Source: Felis catus
Lineage: Eukaryota
Reading direction: 5' to 3'
Assembly (NCBI RefSeq): GCF_018350175.1
Contig: NC_058368.1
Span: forward strand, 157,234,001-157,298,000
Length of the DNA stretch: 64,000 nt
A program made the position numbers and the translations under genes. The notes under the pieces were generated by a model. The model did not search any database. It worked only from the letters and a program-made list of their open reading frames with translations, and was not told the origin of the DNA. This document shows, in pieces, positions 26,501 through 37,947 of the stretch; the first letter of the stretch is position 1, and every line of letters starts with the position of its first letter.

Positions 26501-26990
26501 CACAGCAGCCATACCAGCCATCAAGGAAGATAACCTTACCCCGACCCTCCCCGCCCCTGTTCTGGGAGATACCTAAATCAACCATGATAATCCCATTATG
26601 CCTGGGATTGATTGGTTGATTGGTTCTGGACAATGAAACTAGAAGTAAGGGCTTCTGGCAAAGGTTCTGTAACCTTAAATAGGAGATATCAGTAGAGGCC
26701 ATTCTTTATCTTCCTCTGGAGGGTGTAGCTTGTACATGTGACCTAAAGCTTCTATAGCCATCTTGTAACCCACAGAGGGGAGATAATGTTAAGAGAAGGC
26801 CAACATCTGTGGCTCAAAGAGTGGAAAGGTAAAAAAACTCAAGTCTTTGTTTATGTAGTTGAGCAGCTGAGTTAAGCAAAGTTTAAGCCATCCAATCTGA
26901 CTGTCCTATATGTGAAATAGTAAATTTCCTCATTGTTCAATAATTTTGAGTTGTTGTTTTCTCTAAAGTCATCCAAATGGAAATAAGGAA

Positions 26991-27405
26991 TGTATTTGTC
27001 AGGGTTCTCCAAAGAAATAGAAACAACAGTGTGTGTGTACACACATATTTATTATAAGGAACTGGCTCAAGCAATTATAGAGGCTAAGAAGCCCCACGAT
27101 CTGCTATCTACATGCTGGAGACCCAGGAGATCAGGTGATGAAGTTCCAGTTGGAGAGCAGGAGACCAATATCCCAGCACAAACAGGCAAATTGAATTCTC
27201 CCTCTCTCTTCTTTTGTTCTATTGAAGCCTTCAGTTGATTAGATGATGACCAGCCAAATCAGGGGAAGGCAATTTGCTTTACTCATTCTACCAATTCAAA
27301 TGCTAATCTCATCCAGAAACACCCTCAGATATACCCCCAAATAATGTTTAACCAAATATCTGGGCACTCCATGGCTCAACTTGATACATAAAATGAACTA
27401 TCACA
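26991..27405 (-). mobile_element. Solo LTR, MLT2-like (ERVL)
   Basis: TG...CA termini; TGTATTTGTCAGGGTTCTCCAAAGAAATAGAA start and AAAATGAACTATCACA end are typical of antisense MLT2. Confidence 0.8.
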
Positions 27406-27765
27406 AGAAGCTATTGGGTTTCCTTAAAACTTCATCCCAGATAGGAACTGTCAATTATGCATGCAAATTTTTGTTTCTCTCTATTCCTGAAAGTGCTCTA
27501 AGCTATCTATTATTTCAGCTAATTCTTTAAGCACAGAAGGATACCGATGATTGAAAATTTAGCCTGGATCATCAACCATGAGGTTATACTAAAAGGATTT
27601 GGACAGTGCAATTCTAGACATTCAAGAATGCCTATGCAAGCTGTGAACTTCCCTTCCTCTGGCCAGTCACACCACTGTGTTAACAGAGTATTAGAAATGC
27701 CCCATCGTAGACGATGTAGCAAACGGGTAGCAAACGTTTCTTCAGCTAGCTGGATGGAGTTTCAT

Positions 27766-28037
27766 GGTTTGTTTGTTTGTTTTTGTTTATTTACTTATTT
27801 TGAGAGAGAGACAGAGTGTGTGTGTGCAGGGGAAGGGCAGAGAGAGAGAGGGAGGGAGAGAATCCCAAGCAGGCTCCACACTGTTGGCACAGAGCCCGAC
27901 ACGGGGCTTGATCTCAGGAACAGTGAGATCATGACCTGAACTGAGATCAAGAGTTGGGCGCTTATCGCTTCTCGGCCTTTTGGCTAAGATCAAGTGAAGA
28001 GTTGGGCGCTTAACTGACTGAGCCACTCAGGCACCCC
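27766..28037 (-). mobile_element. CanSINE interrupted by a U2 fragment
   Basis: Antisense SINE with (TTTG)n tail; 48 bp extra (U2 fragment plus TSD) inside the head. Confidence 0.92.
27964..27996 (+). pseudogene. RNU2: U2 snRNA 5' fragment retrocopy (nt 1-33), tailless
   Basis: ATCGCTTCTCGGCCTTTTGGCTAAGATCAAGTG matches the U2 5' end; flanked by direct repeat AAGAGTTGGGCGCTT at 27949-27963 and 27997-28011. Confidence 0.95.
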
Positions 28038-28943
28038 CAGATGGAATTTTTTAAGTGCATTCTGAATTTTTAAAAACAGATCTGTATTCTTCACTGAGCA
28101 TTTATCATTACTGAATATTTTTTAAATGTAGCCATTGAAAGCCTGACCTAGGCCAACATGTTCCAGGGTATATTTTGTGAAGCAACAGATGCTTCCATAT
28201 TAATATATCATCAGGGAAAAAAGAGTTTCAGAGTTAAATGTTTAGAACACTAGGTTAAATAGGTCTTTCTTTTTAGTTTTTTATTATTATAAAATACTCA
28301 GAAAAGTTGAAGGATACAAAAGAACACCCACATATTCACCGAGATTCAACAGTTGCTAACGTTTTGCCATCTTTGCTTTTATACATCAGTATATATTGTT
28401 GTTTTTGAATAACTTGAAAACTAGCTGCAAACATGATATCATTACACTTCATCTCTGAATACTTGAGCATGCATCTCCTAAGACATTCTTGCATAACCAC
28501 AAGAGCAATAGCACACTTAAGGAAATTAACAATTCCCTGAGATCATCTAATACTCCGTCCATATTCAAATTTTCTCAACATAACTTGAATAGATTTTTTA
28601 CTTTTGAACCAAAATCTAATTACAGTATATACATTGCCTCTGATTGTTATGTCTCTTTAGTCCCTTCCATTCTAAAACAGCTTCCATGACCTTTTTAAAA
28701 AAAACTGTTTTTTGAAAAGACCAAGTCAGTTGTCTTGCAGAATATCCCACATTCTGCATTTTTCTGAGTATTGCCTCAGAGATATCTTCTATCTGATTCC
28801 TCTCTTCAAAACCAGGTTTGCTAAAGCAGTACCTGTCAGAGGCTTCAATATGCTTAGTGCAAAATGACCCTCTAAGTGAACACCTTTTAGGAACCTCTGC
28901 CCTCTTCACAATAACCCTTTCTTTGGGAATTGTCCCCACCATC

Positions 28944-28944
<1 letters not shown>

Positions 28945-28981
<37 letters not shown>
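28945..28981. repeat. (CA)n microsatellite
   Basis: Perfect AC run. Confidence 0.95.
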
Positions 28982-28983
<2 letters not shown>

Positions 28984-30772
28984 GCTTCCAGCAGTCACAT
29001 ATGGACTTTGTAGCCTGACCTCTGGGGCGAGTCCATCAGAACCACCTCCTTGAAGACTAATGCAGATTTAAGGGAAAAGATTAGGAAAATTAGGATAAAA
29101 TACTCAGTTTTTTAGGTGAGTTCAGAAGTGATACACTTATTGCACTGTGGATATTGGTAAGGCCTACAACTCGAGGAAGTGGGCAACAGAAATGTGTTGA
29201 GTAAGGGCCCTAGAAAAGGCACAACCACGATGACACATGCCAAAGTAGAGCCAGGTTGGACAATACCAGAGCAAGCACAGGTCTGGCTTAGATGTTGATC
29301 TGATGGAAGGTTATCTTCTCTTGGCATCCAGAACATTTGTTTTTGTACAGTGCTTCTTATGGGAAGATCTGCCGGGGGGGGGGGGGGGGATCTAGGCTAG
29401 AAAGCAAGGAGAAAGTAAAAGGAAGGAAAGAAGGCACTCAGTTTTGGCAAGCAGTGCATATGGCAGATAAAGAGACCGACCTAAGAAGCAAATTAACCTG
29501 TTAGAAACTCACCCAAGCTTCCCTAGAAGAAACAGGGGCACAGCTGAGGGGATGGAAGCATTGAAGATATATTTCACTTTGGAAAGCCTGGAATATTCCA
29601 GATTTGAAATAAGGCAGTGTTTTGAAGAGCTGAGGCAAGAATACCTTTGAAGGCAGAGGTATTCTTGCTGCCTAAGACCTGAGGGAACCAGATCAGAAGC
29701 ATCAACAGCAGTGTCAGAACACTGCCACAAGGGATACCTGAGGTGGAGCAGAGGTAAGGAATACTGGGGAATCATCCCTGACAGCATTTTGCATGAACCT
29801 AATCAATTCTGTAACAAGATGGGGAGAAGTCAGACACTATGTTCAAGACTTAAAATGCTGCTCACAAGGGATATGGGGATTTTGACACTAGATAGAGCCA
29901 CCTTTAATGCAACACACACATGCCAGAAATATCAGGCTCAGAAGAGTGTTAGAGGGGACCACACAGCCCTTACCCTTTGGCCTTATGTGAAGGGACTTCA
30001 ATTAGACCAGTACTGCTGGACTACCTCCACTGTTGGGATTGGAGGGGCCAAGTTAAAGACAAAACAAAAAATAAAAACAAAACAAACATTCTCCTTATTT
30101 GAGTTCTAAACCAATGTCTAGGGGAGAAGCTGAGGTTCAGAGTTTAAATCCTCTTGCAGGTTAAAGCCCAAAGATAACAAAATCCAAAGAACTGTGGTTC
30201 AAAAAGCAAAATTTCCTATCTCATCTGAAAAACTTAAAGACCTCCTTGATTGTCAGTTCCACATAGCCTCTGCTGGCGAGTTTCCTGAAGCATGAGGATT
30301 TGTGAATCCTTCCTTCAGTAGAGGTAGCTGCAGACTGCTCTCCTTGAAACAGAGTAGTCCTTTAGGACCTCTCAGGTTCTCTTGATCAGTTCTCATTTCA
30401 TGATGAGCCTCACTCTTTTAAAGAGTTCAAAGTGCTAAGAGGAAGCAGAACTGTATTGCAGTACTGGTTCCTCATCCACCTACTTAAGTTAGGAAACAAC
30501 CCACTCCCCACTCCTGGAACAGTGGCCAAGCAAAACTGTACTCCCAGAACCCAGTACTTGGTATCACCAAAGACTCTTTAGAATAGGCTTAGAATATGAG
30601 ATAAGAAACACCCTAGTCTCGGCTACCCAGGATGGCTGTCAGTTGGTGGATGCAGGTCCAAATCTATAACAATCGGGAGACACCTTCTCATAAAAGGTTA
30701 CTTTGGCATCATGTTAACCCTGGGGGTGGGGAGAAGATCCATCTATGCATTTGCCTAAGACAGAAGCAAGTG

Positions 30773-31429
30773 TAAAAATGAACTACTGGGACCTCATCAA
30801 AATAAAAAGCTTCTGCACAGCGAAGGAAACAATCAACAAAACTAAAAGGCAACTGACAGAATGGGAGAAGATATTTGCAAATGATAAAGGGTTAGTCAGA
30901 TAAAGGGTTAGTATCCAAAATCTATAAAGAACTTATCAAACTCAACACCAAAAAACAAATAATCCAGTGAAGAAATGGGCTAAAGACATGAATAGACACT
31001 TCTCCAAGGAAGACATCCAGATGGCCAGCTGACACATGAAAAAATGCTCAACATGACTCATCATCAGGGAAACACAAATAAAACCACAATGAGATACCAC
31101 CTAACACCTGTCAGAATGGCTAGCATTAACAACGCAGGCAACAACAGATGTTGGCGAGGATGCGGAAAAAGAGGATCTCTTTTGCACTGCTGGTGGGAAT
31201 GCAAACTGGTGCAGCCACTCTGGAAAACAGTATGGAGGTTCTTCAAAAAACTGAAAATAGAACTACCCTACGACCCAGCAATTGCACTACTAGGCATTTA
31301 TCCAAGGGATACAGGTGTGCTGTTTCGAAGGGACACATGCACCCCCATGTTTATAGCAGCACTATCAACAATAGCCAAAGTATGCAAAGATCCCAAATGT
31401 CCATTGATGGATTAATGGATAAAGAAGAA

Positions 31430-31476
<47 letters not shown>

Positions 31477-31863
31477 GGAGTATTACTCGGCAATCAAAAA
31501 GAATGAAATCTTGCCATTTGCAACTGTGTGGATGGAACTGGAGGGTATTATGCTAAGTGAAATCAGCCAGTCAGAGAAAGACAAAAATCATATGACTTCA
31601 CTCATATGAGGACTTTAGGAGACAAAAAAGATGAACATAAGGGAAGGGAAACAAAAATAATATAAAAACAGGGAGGGGGGACAAAACAGAGGAGACTCAT
31701 AAATATGGAGAACAAACTGAGGGTTGCTGGAGGGGTTGTGGGAGGGGGGATGGGCTAAATGGGTAAGGGGCACTAAGGAATCTACTCCTGAAATCATTGT
31801 TTCACTAAATGCTAACTAATTTGGATGTAAATTAAAAAAAAAATAAAAAAATAATAAAAAAAA
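30773..31863 (+). mobile_element. 5'-truncated carnivore LINE-1 (ORF2 C-terminus, 3' UTR, A tail)
   Basis: MNYWDLIKIKSFCT and CWRGC...[13 protein letters not shown] motifs; TSD AGAAGCAAGTG at 30762-30772 and 31864-31874; internal (CA)n near 31432-31473. Confidence 0.93.
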
Positions 31864-34800
31864 AGAAGCAAGTGAATCCACCTTCTCACAAGTTTAGAAA
31901 TTTGCAAAGATGGAGGTCCCAGTCTCCAGGTGTCTTTCCCTTCTTACAAATTAAAAATCTCTTCATTGCCATTTCCATTCTGAATCCTTCTACTTCATGG
32001 AACAGGGCCTCTATGTCGTGCCATGGAGCTCTCTTGGAGCATGTATTTTCACTCCTGTGCCTCAGTGCCTGTTTTCAGCGACTTTGGCTAAGCAATCTGC
32101 CTCTAGGTATGCTTTCTCCAGCACCATCTGGACTGAAAGAGATGGTGTGGAATGACTCTGAGCATGTGACATCTACACGAATCCAAGGCTAGTTCTACCA
32201 TGCTTCTCTTTCTGGACCAGAATGCAAATGGAACTTGGAGCAGCCCAGGCAGTGCTGCTTGCCCACGCTGTCATGGACAATTTCCAGTTAGATACTCATT
32301 AGCGCTCTGTAGCGGGCACAGAGCTCAGCCGCCTTGCAGTTTAAATGTAGCTCAGGGTAGATCTAGGTCACAATGGGTGGGAGGGGGAGGCTCTCTTTAA
32401 GAAGAAGACAAAATAATAAATAAATAATTAGGTATTAAAGTGAATATTCAGAATGGGCAAATAATCACAAAAAAAAACAAATACTAAAAACCTAACAGAA
32501 TAGCAGACATTTATTAATTAATTGCTACACACACCACTATCGTACTTTCTGCCTACAAGTTTTGGCTCCCTGCTCTTTACTCATCTGTTCACATGATAAC
32601 AATTTTAAAACATTTTACATAAAGAGAATAGAACGATAACTCGATCTTTCTTATAGCATAATTTTTTTTTTAATTGACAGAAAGCATAAAACAAACGGTA
32701 ATCCTGGTACAGGTTTGTGTATTTATGGGAATCATGATAAATTCTATGTCATATGCTTCCCATCAAGAAAGATATATGAATTTATAGTTTTTAATGTTGT
32801 ATTATTGAGCATGTCCCAGGTGTACTATCTATGAGAACAGAATCCTGGGCTTGCCATTTTACCAAAAATGTAATGATAAGATAAAAATTTCCATAGAATG
32901 GTTTCTAGCTCTATCTGTTCAAATCTTATTTCTCCTCCAGGACTTTCATATTCCCTGTTCCAGACACCAGAGCCCATACTCACATTTTGATAGAACCGTA
33001 GCCTGCATCTAGTGTATAAGGAGAGCCATCACAAGGGGCACTGGGAATATATTTGGAGGTTGTTTTTACACTGGGACAGCCAGCAGAAACTTAGCTATAC
33101 ACCACAACTGGCTGCAAACCATATAAATATACCCCACCAAACACAAACTAAATGCATTTCCAATTCAAATGCCTCTTAGCCAAATTCCCAAAATGCCTGT
33201 GTGACAGAAGGAAAAGAGACAATGGCCTTAATCCACTGAAGTTAAATTGTCTTACTTTTGCACATTTTTACAAAAACATATGACAATTATTCCTTTCTTT
33301 CTTCTCTTTCCTTCATGAACAATTCAGTCCTAAAGCCAGCAGGAAAGGACAGAGCAGGGTAGATAGACATCTATGCTGGCTAGGGGACTGGCAGGACATG
33401 CAGTAGCTTAGAGAGAAGTGACAGAGTCCCGGTGGGGTAGATGACAACATGGTAGTGTAGTGAGTTGGCTCAAGCTGAGTGAGAAGGGAGCAGAAGTACA
33501 GCCGTACAGGGGCTCAGGCCCCCATCTATGTGAAGTTCCTGCCAAAGATGCACAATCTGAATCTCATCATAGAGAAGTGTCAGACAAACCTCAGGGAACA
33601 TTCTATAAAATATATGGCCTATAATCTTTAAACATGAATGTCATGAATGCTGGTGAAGGACTGAGAAACTGTCTCACACAAGGAAGCTAAACATACATCA
33701 CAACTAAGTGCAACTTGATTCTGAACTGGATTTGAGGATTAGATGGTAGAAACATGTCAGTGTTAAATTCCTGATTTTGAGGGTTGTATGGTGGTTACGT
33801 AGAAGAATGTCCTTGCTTGCAGGAAATACATACCAGAGCATGAAGGGCTGATGTGGCATCAGATTGGCAACATACTCTTAAATGGCTGTTGGGATAGAGT
33901 TCCCTGTACTACTTTTCTGTAATTTTGAGTGCTTCCAAATTATATTAAAAGGATATAAAGGATGACCATGTGAACACGTTACTAGGGTTGCTCAGGACCT
34001 TGGAAAGGGCCCACACGTGTGAGGGGACCTGAAGTTATGTTTCATTAACTTCACTATCTCTAATTGCAGCAAATATTCTAGGCAGTACCGTCTGAAAGGT
34101 CAATCTACCAAAAGGCATTTTTTCTGCAATTTAATCCTTGCCTTAGCTATGCCTGCTTTCTGAGGTCTTTTTGGCCTTCCTACCTTTACTGAGAATGAAT
34201 GGTGTGGAATGAAGATGTAAACATGCTTCAAGGTCAAGGAACGGCAACCTGCGCTCTGAAGCTCACATCACTGAAGGCCCTTTGGCCTGTGCCTATTTGC
34301 TTAGCCTGGCTTGGTACTACTAATGGCCAGTGTTTTGCTTGAGGCTCACCACAGACAACCTGGTGTTCACTGACCACACTCCCTTCTCTACTGCCTACTT
34401 GGAGTTAGGGTCAGCATGTGTATCATTTGCTGGATGCCCAAGACTTGGAGTTCCACTTGGAAGATAAAATTCAGAGTCAACAAGAAATCTTTAAAATCTA
34501 CAACCTTCACTCCCTTCTTCTGTATACTCAGTTCAGTCCTTCCCTTCTCCTTTCTACAAATCTGTGTTCCTAAAGAGAACACAGGATGTGTCCATCCTCT
34601 CAAGATGGATAGCTCGAAGGTAGAGGGCAGCAATTTGGGCACATAAATTTAGTTCAGGCGATGTTAATCCATTTGACTGCACATCTAAGCTATCCCAATC
34701 TAGATTTTTATCATTAACTAAAGTTTACACTTTGATCTCTTACTATATCTCTGAGTTGGTTCCAAATTCAGGCAGGGAAAAAAGGTGGTTTCTATTGGGT

Positions 34801-34934
34801 CCTCTTAATGTCCAATACAAATAAAAGATGATGGCACCTTCCAGATGGTGGCAACAAATTTAAAAAAAAGTAATTTGAAGTACATTTTAGGAAGTAGAAT
34901 TGACAAGACTCAGAATTGGATTAGATATGGGGGG

Positions 34935-35519
34935 ATAGCCCAAGGGGTCCTAAGACAACATTGTGTTTGGGGATTTACTCACTAGAAGGACTCCTGAAAC
35001 TCATTATATAGTCCTTCTCATGCTAAGATTACTAGAGTGATATTGTAAGGATACAGAGCTGGATGGTAAGGAAAAAGGACACAAGTGGAAAATGGAAGAA
35101 TCCAAGTGCAGGCTTCCTTATGTTCTCTCCCTCTGGGGAGGGATAACACAAAGCTGACTCTTCTGCCAGCAACGAAAATGCAAAAACAGGTGTGCAATGT
35201 TTTTGCCCAGGGAAGCTCGTTAAAGGCTCAGCACCCAAAGGTTTTTATTAGGGCTGGTCATGCAAGCACTTCTGCCTAGCATGCACCAAAGTTCTTGACT
35301 CCCAGAAGGAAAGCAGGTCATGGTCAGCATAAACCATATTGTTTGTACAAACAGATGAGTCACAGCAAGGTATCCTTACTATTTAGGGAAAATCTTATTT
35401 CAGTAGAGAGAACTATTTTACCAGCCACGTTCCCAGATGTCAGCCAGGGGCCAACCTTATAAGCAGAGCTTTATAAGGAGAGCCATCTTTGGTCAGCTAT
35501 GTTAACTCTTTTCTGCACA
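34935..35519 (-). mobile_element. MER21-like solo LTR
   Basis: GGGGTCCTAAGAC...CTAGAAGGACTC...AGGATACAG, CAGCATAAACCATATTGTTTGTACAAACAG, ending TAACTCTTTTCTGCACA. Confidence 0.65.
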
Positions 35520-35895
35520 GGAGAAGAAAAGGGGAGATGTGAGTATGGCATCCAGGTTTCTACCTTAAGCATGTGGATGAACAGGGTTGTCACTTATAGA
35601 GATGGAGGAAAAAAAGAAGTACAGGTTTACAGGAGAAAATTAATATTTCAACCTCGAACACATAAAACTGATGATAGCTATGAGACGTCAAATTAAATTA
35701 TGCTTTGCTGTAATCATAAACAACCTTAGAATTTCAGTGGTTTAACACAACAGTTAATTTCTCACTTAAGTTATGTATCTTTCATGGCTTGGTGGAAGGT
35801 AGTGAGTGGGGGTTGATGGGTGGTCTCTGTCTCACATAGTCACTCAGGGACCCAGGTCAGTAGAAGTCCATCATCTATAATGTCTGTGGTTGTGA

Positions 35896-35896
<1 letters not shown>

Positions 35897-35956
<60 letters not shown>
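35897..35956. repeat. Poly(A) followed by (GA)n
   Basis: Directly visible. Confidence 0.9.
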
Positions 35957-36455
35957 CTGGGGAGGTGGAGTAAGAACTCTTCTATGCTTCAATCTAGAAG
36001 GGACACACGACCTCAACCAACTGTAAACAGAGTGGGAAATGTGGGGTAGTGGATGGGATGTTTGGTGAACATCTGCCACAAGTAGGAATGTCACATAGGT
36101 ATCCACAACAAACTCTCACTTATGTTATGAGCAGATAGGTTGTATTTGAAGCCACTCTTTCTCTTATCTGAATCACAATGGCCTCATAAGGGCAATGTTA
36201 TCATCCTTTTCTGGTTTGAAAGAGTAAGAAATCCTGATTGGTTGATACCTCTCAAATCACCCTGTAGTGAAACTATCAGCGCACTGAGGTCTTCATTATT
36301 CACAAAATAGATGATGGTTTAGGATTGAAGGCAGTTTTTGAACTTCTCTGAGAGGAAGAGCTTAGTCCTAGAAAAGTCAGCCTAGAAACAGCCTGATGCT
36401 CAGAGGACAGAACAGGGGCTCACAATGGTGAGAAGAGACATTTAAAACTATTTTT

Positions 36456-36890
36456 AGGGCTCCTGGGTGGCTCAGTCACTTAAACATCCAACTTCAGCTC
36501 AGGTCATGATCTCTTCTTGGTTCATGAGTTTGAGCCCCACATTGGCTTGCTTCAGAGCCTCTGTCCCCTTCTCTCTCTGCCCCTCAGCCATTCACACACA
36601 TGCTCTTTCTCTCTCTCTCTCAAAAATAAATAAACATTAAAAAAAAAACAAAAAACGGGGCGCCTGGGTGGCGCAGTCGGTTAAGCGTCCGACTTCAGCC
36701 AGGTCATGATCTCGCGGTCCGTGAGTTCGAGCCCCGCGTCAGGCTCTGGGCTGATGGCTCGGAGCCTGGAGCCTGTTTCCGATTCTGTGTCTCCCTCTCT
36801 CTCTGCCCCTCCCCCATTCATGCTCTGTCTCTCTCTGTCCCAGAAATAAATAAAAACGTTGAAAAAAAAATTAAAAAAAAAAACAAAAAA
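36456..36890 (+). mobile_element. Two CanSINEs in tandem: young copy (36657-36870) inserted in the A tail of an older copy (36456-36656)
   Basis: Two heads; AAAAAAAAACAAAAAAC duplicated around the second; AAAACTATTTTTAG flanks the whole unit. Confidence 0.92.
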
Positions 36891-37947
36891 CTATTTTTAG
36901 AGCAAGATATTGGTGAGCAAGTTCACAGAGGAAAAGCTGGAGTCTTCCATGGTAGGTAACAAAACTCATGCCAGGGCTACCACTAGGTGTCAATAGCAGG
37001 AAAGGAAAGGATGAGAGAACAAATGGAGGAAGGTTATAGGGGAAGATGCAGATTGGCTCCAAGGAGTGAGAAGGTAGAAAGTGTCTCCATACTTACACTA
37101 AAGTTTTCCAAGAATTTCATACTATTACGTGATTAACCCCATTAATACTTTATATAGAAATAAAAGAAAGTTTCTCTCCCTCTTGTGTACATATGCATGT
37201 GTAACTACTGAGGTCTTCTGTTTATTCAAAATCAGATTTAAGGTCAAAGAATCTAAGATACGTCTTATTTTAATGCCCACATTATGTCAAGGCAAAAAAG
37301 AAGGACTTTTCATTAGAAACAGCAAATCTTATTTAGCCCTTTCATGACACAAGATAAAGACTGCTAACACCCTCCATGTGCCAATAAAATAATTTGGAAT
37401 GGCTAATAGATAATGTAATTTATAATAAATCCAAATATATTTTCACTTTGGTAAGGCAGTTCATCAAAACTAGATGATTAGTTTTTGCTTGGATCAGTGC
37501 AGTAAATGGTCAAAAGGGAAATTATCCCATAAAATATTACTATCATCCTAAAACTATACTGAACAGAATAGAAATCAGAAGAAACTAGCATTGGAGGCAA
37601 ATCCATTATGCTGGGTCTCTCAATATTTTATATGTTAAGGCTTACAGAAAAATTGATGAGGAAGACAAACAAGGCACTGCATTTCAGCTGCCTCAGACCC
37701 ACTGGAACACTCTATGATCTAAGATCAGTATTCAGGACATTAAATATAGATTGTGGTTTTCAACCTTGAGGTCACACTGGAATCACCTGGGAAGTTAGAA
37801 AAAATATGTTAACCCTCCTGCCACCCCAGGTTTCATTGGTCCGGGCATCGTGACTGTCTAAAACTCCCAGGTGACTCTAAGGTATAGCCCAAGTTAAGAA
37901 CCACTCCATTAGAAGATTGTCGGGGACACTTTAAAAAACATGCCAGA

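Noticed and set aside
29711..30109. 132-aa ORF with a faint integrase-like CxxCQ/WQxD resemblance (possible ERVL or MaLR internal relic)
   Set aside because: Similarity too weak to support by eye; would need a Dfam or tblastn search.
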